Below, one piece after another: positions 7,893-17,071 of a DNA stretch of 21,259 nt (positions are counted from its first letter, which is position 1; each line of letters starts with the position of its first letter). The stretch is from NCBI GenBank assembly GCA_036444275.1, contig JAZGAD010000027.1, positions 1 through 21,259 on the forward strand, written 5' to 3'. The position numbers were made by a program, and so were the translations under genes. The stretch is from Candidatus Hydrothermarchaeales archaeon (lineage in GTDB: Archaea > Hydrothermarchaeota > Hydrothermarchaeia > Hydrothermarchaeales > JAZGAD01). The notes beneath the pieces are model-generated. The model was given only the letters and a program-made list of their open reading frames with translations. It had not been told where the DNA came from and did not search any database.

Positions 7893-9085
7893 CTTTCTTT
7901 CCTCGCGAGTGCTAGGTATAGCAGGGAGAGATAGAATAGGATACTTGTCAGCTGTAATCCTACTTCGACCAATATAAAGGAATGGGTCAGGGCTATGGCG
8001 TAAAGACAGCTTCGAAACTCGTCTTCCTTAATTCTATACATAAAGCCGAGGTATCCCCCAATGAAGAGAGCTGTCAATGCTATGCCGAGGAGGCCGAAGT
8101 CCAGCATCCCTGGTCCGAAGAGGGTAGAGGTGATTATGTGCGGCTTAGCGTAGAGTTCAGGGAGCACTGTCGTACTGACTATCCTTTGAGAAGGATCTAG
8201 AAGTGCCCCGCCCATGAGATAGCCGAGGGGGTATGCCATCTCCACGATCCTGTTAAATACCGAGAAGGTGAGCCCGGCACGATAGAAAATGTATAAAGCT
8301 GGAGGTATCTTCCAGCTAGCGTAGGATATCCCGGCTATGTGGGTGCTTACAGCTGTTAATATTAAAGCTACGATTGCGAATGCAGAGGCAACCTCTTTGG
8401 TGCTTATCCTGCCCAGCAGCAATCCAGTGATACTAGCTGAGATTAAGACAGCAACTGCATCGGATTTAAAACCTGAGAGAACTCCAAGGGCGCAGAGGAA
8501 TAGCACTCCTGGAATCGCTTTTCTCTTCTCGTAATAGGCTATCAATAGTGCGCCAGCGAAGACAGCAAATCCATGGAATAGCGCCCTAGCGGGAGCTACT
8601 GCAGTACTATCTCTTAAAGAGGCGCTCACGATGGGCACCCCCTGATAGAGAATTGAAAGGGCGAAGAGACAGGCTAGGAAAAAGGCTGCGATGGTAAGGC
8701 TCGCTGTATCTAAGCGCTTGCATATCACCAGTAAGAGTATAGGAAACCCCAAGGAGATACCCAATATCGTTAGCACAGAGACGGGAAGTGCCAGGTACAG
8801 CGCTAGGAAGGTAATGGGGAAGATCAGCACCAGCACTAATCGAGGATCTAGATTTACCTTCAACCGCCCCCCAAGGACCGCTGAGGCAGCTAAGATGAGG
8901 ATACCGAGAAGACTTATTATATACGCCGCGGCAGTTGGACCAGCGAAGTGTCCTTCAGGTCCCAGTAGGAACCTGCTAGTGGCATCTATCCTGAAGGAGA
9001 TGACGGCAAAGCCCAAGAAAATGAGGTAGACAGCCGGCACTGCTATCTCCGGCCTAAGGACCTGCCGAACCTCTAATTTCTTCAT
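7889..9085 (-). CDS. Oligosaccharide repeat-unit polymerase-like (Wzy/O-antigen polymerase family) membrane protein
   Basis: About 11-12 hydrophobic segments with LSGFKS, YRAGLTFSVF and ITSTLFGPGMLDFG, as I recall for the archaeal putative O-antigen polymerase family. Sits among glycosyltransferases. Start uncertain (9085, 9094, 9103 or 9148). Confidence 0.72.
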   Translation of the reverse strand: MKKLEVRQVLRPEIAVPAVYLIFLGFAVISFRIDATSRFLLGPEGHFAGPTAAAYIISLLGILILAASAVLGGRLKVNLDPRLVLVLIFPITFLALYLALPVSVLTILGISLGFPILLLVICKRLDTASLTIAAFFLACLFALSILYQGVPIVSASLRDSTAVAPARALFHGFAVFAGALLIAYYEKRKAIPGVLFLCALGVLSGFKSDAVAVLISASITGLLLGRISTKEVASAFAIVALILTAVSTHIAGISYASWKIPPALYIFYRAGLTFSVFNRIVEMAYPLGYLMGGALLDPSQRIVSTTVLPELYAKPHIITSTLFGPGMLDFGLLGIALTALFIGGYLGFMYRIKEDEFRSCLYAIALTHSFILVEVGLQLTSILFYLSLLYLALARKER

Positions 9086-10085
9086 AGAGTCCATCCACTT
9101 CATTGCTAGCACTCTCCCAGCTGAATCTCTCTGCAGTCTTCCTACCATTTACTATCAATCTCTCCTTTAGAGCATCGTCTTTCAGGACTGAAATAATCTC
9201 TTTAGCTAGTGCCTCCGGATTCTCTCTTTCTACTAAGAGGCCATTTTTGCCGTGCCCCACCACCTCTGGTATCCCACCGGTTCTGCTAGCAACTACGGGC
9301 ACACCCATGTGCATCGCCTCTAGAAGGATCATTCCGAATCCCTCTTCCCTTGAAGGCAGTACCAAGAGGCTGCTTCCCTCTAATACCGAGTTAAGGTCAT
9401 CCCTTTGCCCTAGGAAATACACGTCTAGTAATCCAATTTTTCTAGCTAGTCTAAGTAGCTTCTTCTCCTCCCGGCCCTCGCCAACGATGACAAGCTTCGC
9501 TTCAGGTATTTCACGCTTCACATTTTCAAAAGCCTGCAGGAGGACATCGACCCCTTTCTGCGGCACCAAGCTGCCTATGTACGCTATGATTGTGCCCTCG
9601 ATATTAAGGCTTTCTTTTTGTACTTCCTTACCTACGGGCAAACCGTTGTACACGACCTGTATCTTCTCCTCTGCTACACCCAGCTTAGAAGTCTCCCCCT
9701 TAAGGAAGTTGCTCACAGCTATCACGGCATCTGCGCTCTTCAATGTAAATCTAACAAAGGGCCTTGCCAATGAATTTCTACCTAGCACCGTGATATCTGA
9801 GCCATGGACAGTAACGATGAGCGGCTTCCCCTTTATTTTCTTTAAAATTACTCCTAGAAGGCCTTGCGGTACAGCATAGTGTGCGTGGATGAGGTCGCAT
9901 TCAGTTCTTAAGCCCTTAACGAGGCCGTAGACCAAGAAGCTTAGTGCCCTCAGTATAGGCAGGTCTACGTACTTTTCGTAGGTCAGGATCTCGAATTCAT
10001 TCATCGAGTGCTTCATCAGGTTTTCCACGTGTGCAACCACTCCACCTCTCTTGGGCTTCCATTGTGTTACGAGGAGCACGCGCAT
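9054..10085 (-). CDS. Glycosyltransferase family 4 (GT-B, retaining)
   Basis: GGVVAHV, HAHYAVPQG, TVHGSD, GSLVPQKGVD and EGFGMILLEAM (EX7E). GGAGG RBS and a TATA-like TTTATTA upstream. Confidence 0.92.
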   Translation of the reverse strand: MRVLLVTQWKPKRGGVVAHVENLMKHSMNEFEILTYEKYVDLPILRALSFLVYGLVKGLRTECDLIHAHYAVPQGLLGVILKKIKGKPLIVTVHGSDITVLGRNSLARPFVRFTLKSADAVIAVSNFLKGETSKLGVAEEKIQVVYNGLPVGKEVQKESLNIEGTIIAYIGSLVPQKGVDVLLQAFENVKREIPEAKLVIVGEGREEKKLLRLARKIGLLDVYFLGQRDDLNSVLEGSSLLVLPSREEGFGMILLEAMHMGVPVVASRTGGIPEVVGHGKNGLLVERENPEALAKEIISVLKDDALKERLIVNGRKTAERFSWESASNEVDGLYEEIRGSAGP

Positions 10086-10124
10086 GGAACCTCCCTTAGC
10101 CTAAGAGACTAATAAATCTGCTCC

Positions 10125-11045
10125 TTAGAAGGGGTAAGCCAAGACCTCTAACGCGAACCTCGCCAGTGCCTTCTTGTCCTCAAGGTTATGCATCATGGTC
10201 TTGCCTTTGAAGCACTTCACCCCCGGCACTTTGAATCCGTCCTCGCTTTCATCTAGTATAATAGAGCCTATGAATTCAGAGTAGAGCTGAGCCACTGTTT
10301 TGGAGCAGACCTCCAAGCCCTTTGCTTGCATGAATATTGCAGCTGGGCCCGATACTACTTTTCCGCCTACAATAGGCGATACGGCAAGGCACTTGGATCG
10401 CTTATTTATTAGTGCCTCTTGCATACCGCTGAGAGATGTAATTGGAAGTATGCTTGAAATAGGGTTGCTTGGACCTATTATCACGCTGTCAGCTTTCTTC
10501 AGTGCCTCGACTGCTTTCTCACATGCCCTTGCATTATCTGCGCTCTTATGGTAAACATCGCTAACACGTGGCTTACCTCGATGTGCAATGAGGAATTCGT
10601 GAAGGCCCATCTCCCCTTCATCAGTGGCAACAACTGTCCTAACTTCGTCGTCGCTCATAGGATATACTTCTGTCCTTACTCCCAGCCTCTTCCTCTGGAC
10701 TTCTATGGCCTGGGAAAGCGTTTTGCCTGACCTGAGCAATTGTCCTCGTTGAATATGTGTAGCTCTATCTCTATCCCCGATTCTAAGGACCTCTTCGTGT
10801 CTCAGGTTATTGAGCTGTTCATGGGTAAAGAAAGTGTCGCCCTTTATCCCATACCACGTCTCCTCGTTGATCTGCCCGCTTAGTGTGTAGAGCACTGTAT
10901 CAACATCTGGAGAGAAGTAGCCGTGCGGGAGCCACTCGTCTTCAGATGTATTCACTATTACAGCTATCTCCTCCTCTCCTAGCACCTGTTTTAAGCCCTG
11001 CAGCAGCTTAGGCGTGCCTGTACCCCCTGACAAGAGTGCGAGCAT
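10125..11045 (-). CDS. cofD: 2-phospho-L-lactate transferase (F420 biosynthesis)
   Basis: LSGGTGTPKLLQG, SPDVDTVLYTL, GIKGDTF, IGDRDRATH, PMSDD, IIGPSNPISSI, VSGPA. Confidence 0.96.
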   Translation of the reverse strand: MLALLSGGTGTPKLLQGLKQVLGEEEIAVIVNTSEDEWLPHGYFSPDVDTVLYTLSGQINEETWYGIKGDTFFTHEQLNNLRHEEVLRIGDRDRATHIQRGQLLRSGKTLSQAIEVQRKRLGVRTEVYPMSDDEVRTVVATDEGEMGLHEFLIAHRGKPRVSDVYHKSADNARACEKAVEALKKADSVIIGPSNPISSILPITSLSGMQEALINKRSKCLAVSPIVGGKVVSGPAAIFMQAKGLEVCSKTVAQLYSEFIGSIILDESEDGFKVPGVKCFKGKTMMHNLEDKKALARFALEVLAYPF

Positions 11046-11049
11046 TACG

Positions 11050-11799
11050 TTACCACCTGAAGATGTCTCTCTCTTTCTCCCTTACTAAGTCGCCTGCTTT
11101 CCCCTTGCCCAGCAGATTAAATCCCCTTATCACTACCACTGGCACGTACTCGGCGGCTTCGCCCATAACGAGGTTTGCCGTCGTGGCAAGAGAGTCGGCT
11201 ACAGCTACTCTTGTTACCTTTAATTCCCTGCCGAGCATGTCCTTCTCGCCGCGTCTATCCCACAGAGCTTTGGCACCCGATACGCCTATGGCAATGCCTA
11301 TTGAGCCGTGCCTGAAAGGCCTTCCAACCGAATCAGCTATTACTACACCTATCTGCTTCTCGCTCTTCTTTTCTAGGTAAGCTCTAATCTTTTCAGCACT
11401 TCTATCAGGATTTGTAGGCAGGAGCTTGGCCTTTCCATCCTTAACGTTGCTCTGGTCTATGCCGGAATTAGCCAGTATAACGCCGTCTTTGACCTCGGTT
11501 ATTATGAAATTGTCCCCAACAGCTAGGACCTCTTTGGACTCGCCGAGAATGAGCTCCACTAGCTCCGGATCCTTTCCAGTTATCTTGGCTAGTTTTTTCG
11601 CCTTATCCGATGGTATTACATCCTTTAAGTCTACGACTCTACCCTCTGCCTTCGAGACGATCTTCTCGGTTACTACGACGATGTCCCTATCCTTGAGCAT
11701 AAGCCCCTTTTCCTCTAGGGCTGAGAATATAAGCTCCCCCAAGTCATCTCCCTTCTGTATGATGGGTAGGTTGTCCAAGGCGATGCACTCGATTTTCAT
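11050..11799 (-). CDS. cofE: Coenzyme F420-0:L-glutamate ligase
   Basis: GDDL, TEKIVSKAEGR, ANSGIDQSN, PDRSA, DSVGRPFRHG, VADSLA, MGEAAEYVPVVVIRG. Confidence 0.96.
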   Translation of the reverse strand: MKIECIALDNLPIIQKGDDLGELIFSALEEKGLMLKDRDIVVVTEKIVSKAEGRVVDLKDVIPSDKAKKLAKITGKDPELVELILGESKEVLAVGDNFIITEVKDGVILANSGIDQSNVKDGKAKLLPTNPDRSAEKIRAYLEKKSEKQIGVVIADSVGRPFRHGSIGIAIGVSGAKALWDRRGEKDMLGRELKVTRVAVADSLATTANLVMGEAAEYVPVVVIRGFNLLGKGKAGDLVREKERDIFRW

Positions 11800-11839
11800 T
11801 CACGTCAGGTTTTTAATCTCTTCTTTCAAATAATTAACT

Positions 11840-13078
11840 ATGCGGGTGTATTTCGAGACCTATGGGTGCACAATGAATCAGGGTGACAGCGAGGCCATGA
11901 TGGGTGCCTTAGAGCTGGAACATGAGCTCGTAGAAGACGCTGGGGAATGCGATGTCGCTGTTATCAATTCCTGCGGCGTGATAGAGCACACTGAACGGAA
12001 GATTCTGAAGAGGGTTCGAATATTCAAGGAGATGAACAAGCGCGTTGTAATGGCTGGGTGCTTGCCAGCGATTAATCCTAGTGCAGTAGAGGAAGCAGGC
12101 GTAGACGAGGTAGTGAAGAGGAATCCCGGTTCGATTCTGAGTGCTGTGCAAGGAATAGAAGAATTAAATCAGGATGAGGTTCTCCATGCTCCTCGTAAGA
12201 GAGGAAGTGCTGTTGTAGCAATAGTGCCTATCGCAGAGGGTTGCTTGGGTAAGTGCAGCTACTGTGCCACTAGGATTGCTAGGGGCAGGTTGGAAAGCTC
12301 TCCCATCAACTTTGTAGTGGATGAGGTAAGGCATGTTCTCGAGCAGGGTTTCAAGGAGATTCAGCTGACAGCGCAGGATACTGCTATCTATGGCAGGGAT
12401 CGTGGTACAAGCCTTCCAGAGCTCTTGATGAAGATCAGGGATATACCATCACCATCGAAGTTCAGGGTTCGCGTAGGGATGATGAACCCGAAGTTTGCTA
12501 TCGAGGTCTTGGATGATTTATGTGACGCCTATGACCATGAGAACATCTACAAATTTCTGCATTTGCCTGTGCAGAGTGGAGACGATGCTGTCTTGGAGCA
12601 TATGAAGCGTGGATATAGTGTTCAGGATTTCATCGAGATCGTTAATGCTTTCAGGAGGAGGTTCCCAGAGCTCATGCTGGCGACTGACGTTATAGTTGGT
12701 TATCCAACAGAGGATGAAGAATCTTTTTTAATGACGTATAAACTCATCGAGGATGTCAGACCCGACGTTCTCAACATAACGAGGTTCTCTTCTAGACCCG
12801 GAACTCTTGCTTCAAAGTTGAAGGACATGCCAGATAGGTACAAGAAGGAGAGATCAAGGAAGTTGACGTCACTCCAGACGGACATAGGCTTAAGGATCAA
12901 TGAGAGGTTAGTTGGTAAAGAGCTGGAGGTCCTCATTACAGAGAAGGGTAAGAACGGCACTATGAAGGGGAGGACGAATTTCTATAAAACTGTGGTACTG
13001 GAAAGCGGGAATCTGGGAGAATTTATGACTGTGAGGATTAAGGGGGCTACTTTTTCTTATCTAATTGCAGAGGCCTAA
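11840..13078 (+). CDS. mtaB: tRNA t6A37 methylthiotransferase (archaeal e-MtaB/CDKAL1-like, MiaB family radical SAM)
   Basis: N-terminal UPF0004 cysteines (ETYGCTMN, NSCGV, AGCLP), radical SAM motif GCLGKCSYC, RVGMMNP, HLPVQSG, TDVIVGYP and a C-terminal TRAM domain. Confidence 0.9.
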   Translation: MRVYFETYGCTMNQGDSEAMMGALELEHELVEDAGECDVAVINSCGVIEHTERKILKRVRIFKEMNKRVVMAGCLPAINPSAVEEAGVDEVVKRNPGSILSAVQGIEELNQDEVLHAPRKRGSAVVAIVPIAEGCLGKCSYCATRIARGRLESSPINFVVDEVRHVLEQGFKEIQLTAQDTAIYGRDRGTSLPELLMKIRDIPSPSKFRVRVGMMNPKFAIEVLDDLCDAYDHENIYKFLHLPVQSGDDAVLEHMKRGYSVQDFIEIVNAFRRRFPELMLATDVIVGYPTEDEESFLMTYKLIEDVRPDVLNITRFSSRPGTLASKLKDMPDRYKKERSRKLTSLQTDIGLRINERLVGKELEVLITEKGKNGTMKGRTNFYKTVVLESGNLGEFMTVRIKGATFSYLIAEA

Positions 13079-13159
13079 TAGCGTCTGGGTAGTGTATTGT
13101 AATTAGACAGTTCAAGGAAATCGAAATCTTATTTAACTTTAACACCCCATTTTGCTATC

Positions 13160-13513
13160 ATGACACAGATCCAATTATCCGAGGATACCTTCAAGAAGCT
13201 GGTTGAACTCAAAAACCATTGGTCATTCCATCATAGGAGGGTTACTAATACCGAGGTCATAAAACTGATAGAGGAATTCAAGATGAGGGTCTTCGGATAC
13301 AACAGCTCAACACCAGTCGAGGAGATCGAGAGGATAGCCAACTCAAAGACTAGGGATCAACTTGAAGAAGAAGCAGATAGATTCGCCAAGGGAATCGCTG
13401 AACTGCTCAAATCTGGCCATGACTTCGAGCCAGAGTATACCATTGATGAGCATATAAAGAAGATGCTCGAAGTAATCAATGATAGCGAGGATGTGGCTTC
13501 GCCGGTCTTTTAA
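13160..13513 (+). CDS. Hypothetical protein with a ribbon-helix-helix-like N-terminus
   Basis: 117-aa ORF in an otherwise empty gap, with a TATA-like TATTTAA about 25 bp upstream. MTQIQLSEDTFKKLVELK resembles the RHH strand and first helix. Confidence 0.7.
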   Translation: MTQIQLSEDTFKKLVELKNHWSFHHRRVTNTEVIKLIEEFKMRVFGYNSSTPVEEIERIANSKTRDQLEEEADRFAKGIAELLKSGHDFEPEYTIDEHIKKMLEVINDSEDVASPVF

Positions 13514-13687
13514 TTTTTTAGTTTGGATCAAACTTCGCCTGGTAAGTGCAAATTGAACTCGTATATTGAGTTGATGCCTACCCCCAAATATATTAAGTGT
13601 CTACGTTCCCTCAGGCGTGACCAACCGCTAAATTGAATGGTGCTCTAAACACCCCTGTTATAATCAATCTACTATTTTTTGAAGATT

Positions 13688-13760
13688 TCCTCAAAATTAT
13701 TGCATTTATTTGAGGATTTAATAAGACATACCGAAAAGTATTTAAAGGATATCATATTCT
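13688..13760 (+). promoter_or_regulatory. amt-glnK promoter with upstream inverted repeat
   Basis: BRE-TATA CCGAAAAG-TATTTAAA at about 13731-13746. Inverted repeat TCCTCAAA (13688-95) / TTTGAGGA (13709-16). GGAT-N6-TTCT at 13747-13760. Confidence 0.6.
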
Positions 13761-13802
13761 TTTTCTAAAAACCTGAAGAAAAATACAAAGTTAGGTAGTA
13801 AA

Positions 13803-15399
<1,597 letters not shown>

Positions 15400-15695
15400 G
15401 GGTTGCGATGGTCATAGACGCTCACACAATTGTAAACACGTAACTATTATGAAAACCGCCTTATAAATGGCAACGAAAATAAGCCCGAATTAAGCTCCTT
15501 TTATATCGATTTTGATGAAAACCGAGCAACTGTAATATTTGCTCTGCTTGACTTTCTTCGAAATATGGGTTCCTAATGTACTGAGCGCTCCATCTATAGG
15601 AATGCTCTTTGAAGCCGCATTCGATGGTGAACTTGGATTTGAGGTTATGGGAGGTCCAATTGTCTCGTAGAAGGATAATTCAATCTTTGCCGGGT

Positions 15696-16043
15696 TTATC
15701 CCTTCATTTTGTAATAATCTGCAAAGATATCGCCAAATGCAGAGCAGAAGTAGTCCATGGCCTCTTTTATCCCTTTTTCTCCCTTTTGGGTGAGTGAATA
15801 GATTACCTTCCTGCCCTCCTTCGTTGAAGAAATAGCACCAGTTTCTTTTAGTTGTTTTAGGGCAGGATAGATCGTCCCAGGGGTAGGCTTTCCTCCCTTC
15901 ATCCTCGCTATTTCATTGGCGATTTCGTCTCCATACATTGGTCTTTTTGAAAGTAGCCAGAGGATGCAGAACTGAAGCATGCCACGCATATCACAGCAGC
16001 TTGGAGGGCATATATTGGTTTCAGGACCACATTGTTTTGACAT
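15696..16043 (-). CDS. PadR-family transcriptional regulator with a Cys-rich N-terminus
   Basis: RGMLQFCILWLLSKRPMYGDEI...PGTIYPALKQL...GRKVIYSLTQKG is the PadR winged helix. Start placed at 16043 (MSKQCGP), about 25 bp from the minus-strand TTTTAAAT at 16067-74; the ORF track starts at 16085. Confidence 0.9.
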   Translation of the reverse strand: MSKQCGPETNICPPSCCDMRGMLQFCILWLLSKRPMYGDEIANEIARMKGGKPTPGTIYPALKQLKETGAISSTKEGRKVIYSLTQKGEKGIKEAMDYFCSAFGDIFADYYKMKG

Positions 16044-16066
16044 AATGCTAATTTTTGTTAATAGAT

Positions 16067-16140
16067 ATTTAAAACTATTGGGCATCCGATATATTTATAT
16101 GTGTTAATATCGGATATGCGATATATAGGATGTCCAATGA
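16067..16140. promoter_or_regulatory. Divergent padR/arsM promoters with three ATATCG-N6-CGATAT-like operators
   Basis: CTATTG-GGCATC-CGATAT (16075-92), ATATCG-GATATG-CGATAT (16107-24, perfect arms) and ATATAG-GATGTC-CAATGA (16123-40). TATA-like boxes at 16067-74 (-) and 16094-100 (+). Confidence 0.7.
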
Positions 16141-16160
16141 GTAAAGAGGTGAAAATCAAA

Positions 16161-16982
16161 ATGGCAGATGAAGAAATAAAAAAATCCATAAGAGAAGCCT
16201 ATGGCAGGATAGCTCAAACACAAGAAGGTTGCGGATGCACCTGCGGACCAACATGTGGACCAACCGACGTGCCAGATAATACTGACTTTGCCAAAATTAT
16301 AGGCTATTCAGAAGAAGAACTGAAAGCCATACCAAAAGAAGCTAATCTAGGTCTAAGTTGCGGAAACCCAACAGCAATAGCCAGCCTCAAAAAAGGCGAG
16401 ACTGTTCTAGACCTCGGCTCAGGCGCAGGATTTGATGTTTTCCTAGTAACGGCCAAGGTTGGTCCAACCGGAAAAGCTATAGGAGTGGATATGACACCCG
16501 AGATGCTTGAGAAGGCAAGAGAAAACGCCGAGAAAAACGGGATTGAAAACGTCGAGTTTAGACTTGGCGAAATCGAGAATTTACCTATAGGGGACAACTC
16601 GATTGACGTGGTTATAAGTAATTGTGTTATCAATTTAGCGGCTGATAAGCCAAGAGTCTTCCAGGAGATTTACAGGGTTTTAAAGACAGGTGGGAGAATA
16701 GCTATTTCTGATATGGCTCTTCTAAAAGAGCTGCCTAAAAAAATTCGAGATAGTATCGATGCCTATGTAGGATGTGTTTCCGGAGCTGTGCTTATTGAGG
16801 AGTACAAAAGGATTGTGGAAGCATCTGGATTAAAGGATGTAAAAATCACAATCAACGGCGCGTCTAGCTGCATCGATCCAGACACAAAAGATCCGATAGG
16901 CAGAGCTGTCCTAGATAATATAGGGGAGAATGAATCTCTCGACAGCTATGTGGTCAGTGCAAATGTAGAGGGTCGCAAATGA
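16161..16982 (+). CDS. arsM: Arsenite methyltransferase
   Basis: N-terminal CGCTCGPTCG, GYSEEEL, NLGLSCGNP, SAM motif DLGSGAGFD, GVDMTPEM, ISNCVINL, YVGCVSGA; the catalytic-type cysteines are present. ATG at 16161 follows GAGGTGA; the ORF track starts at 16101. Confidence 0.94.
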   Translation: MADEEIKKSIREAYGRIAQTQEGCGCTCGPTCGPTDVPDNTDFAKIIGYSEEELKAIPKEANLGLSCGNPTAIASLKKGETVLDLGSGAGFDVFLVTAKVGPTGKAIGVDMTPEMLEKARENAEKNGIENVEFRLGEIENLPIGDNSIDVVISNCVINLAADKPRVFQEIYRVLKTGGRIAISDMALLKELPKKIRDSIDAYVGCVSGAVLIEEYKRIVEASGLKDVKITINGASSCIDPDTKDPIGRAVLDNIGENESLDSYVVSANVEGRK

Positions 16983-17071
16983 CAGAAATTGACCAAGAAA
17001 AGAAATGAACACAAAATCAACGGTACCATCTACACAAATGTTTATAATCGCTCATCCATAGAAACCTCGCC

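Noticed and set aside
9054-10085. GT4 as the bacillithiol enzyme BshA (HAHYAVP and TVHGSDI resemble it)
   Set aside because: These motifs are shared by many GT4 enzymes, no bshB/bshC is nearby, and the context is a surface glycan operon.
13520-13640. Possible purine riboswitch or ncRNA upstream of amt (TCGTATA...GTGTCTAC...CCGCTAAA; hairpins AGTTTG/CAAACT, AACTC/GAGTT, CGCCTG/CAGGCG)
   Set aside because: The P1-P3 pairings cannot be built, the stems are only 5-6 bp, and the region lies upstream of the amt TATA box, so it is not in the leader.
15513-15584. Possible C/D box sRNA (TGATGA...CTGA)
   Set aside because: Longer than typical archaeal C/D guides, with no convincing D'/C' boxes or terminal stem.
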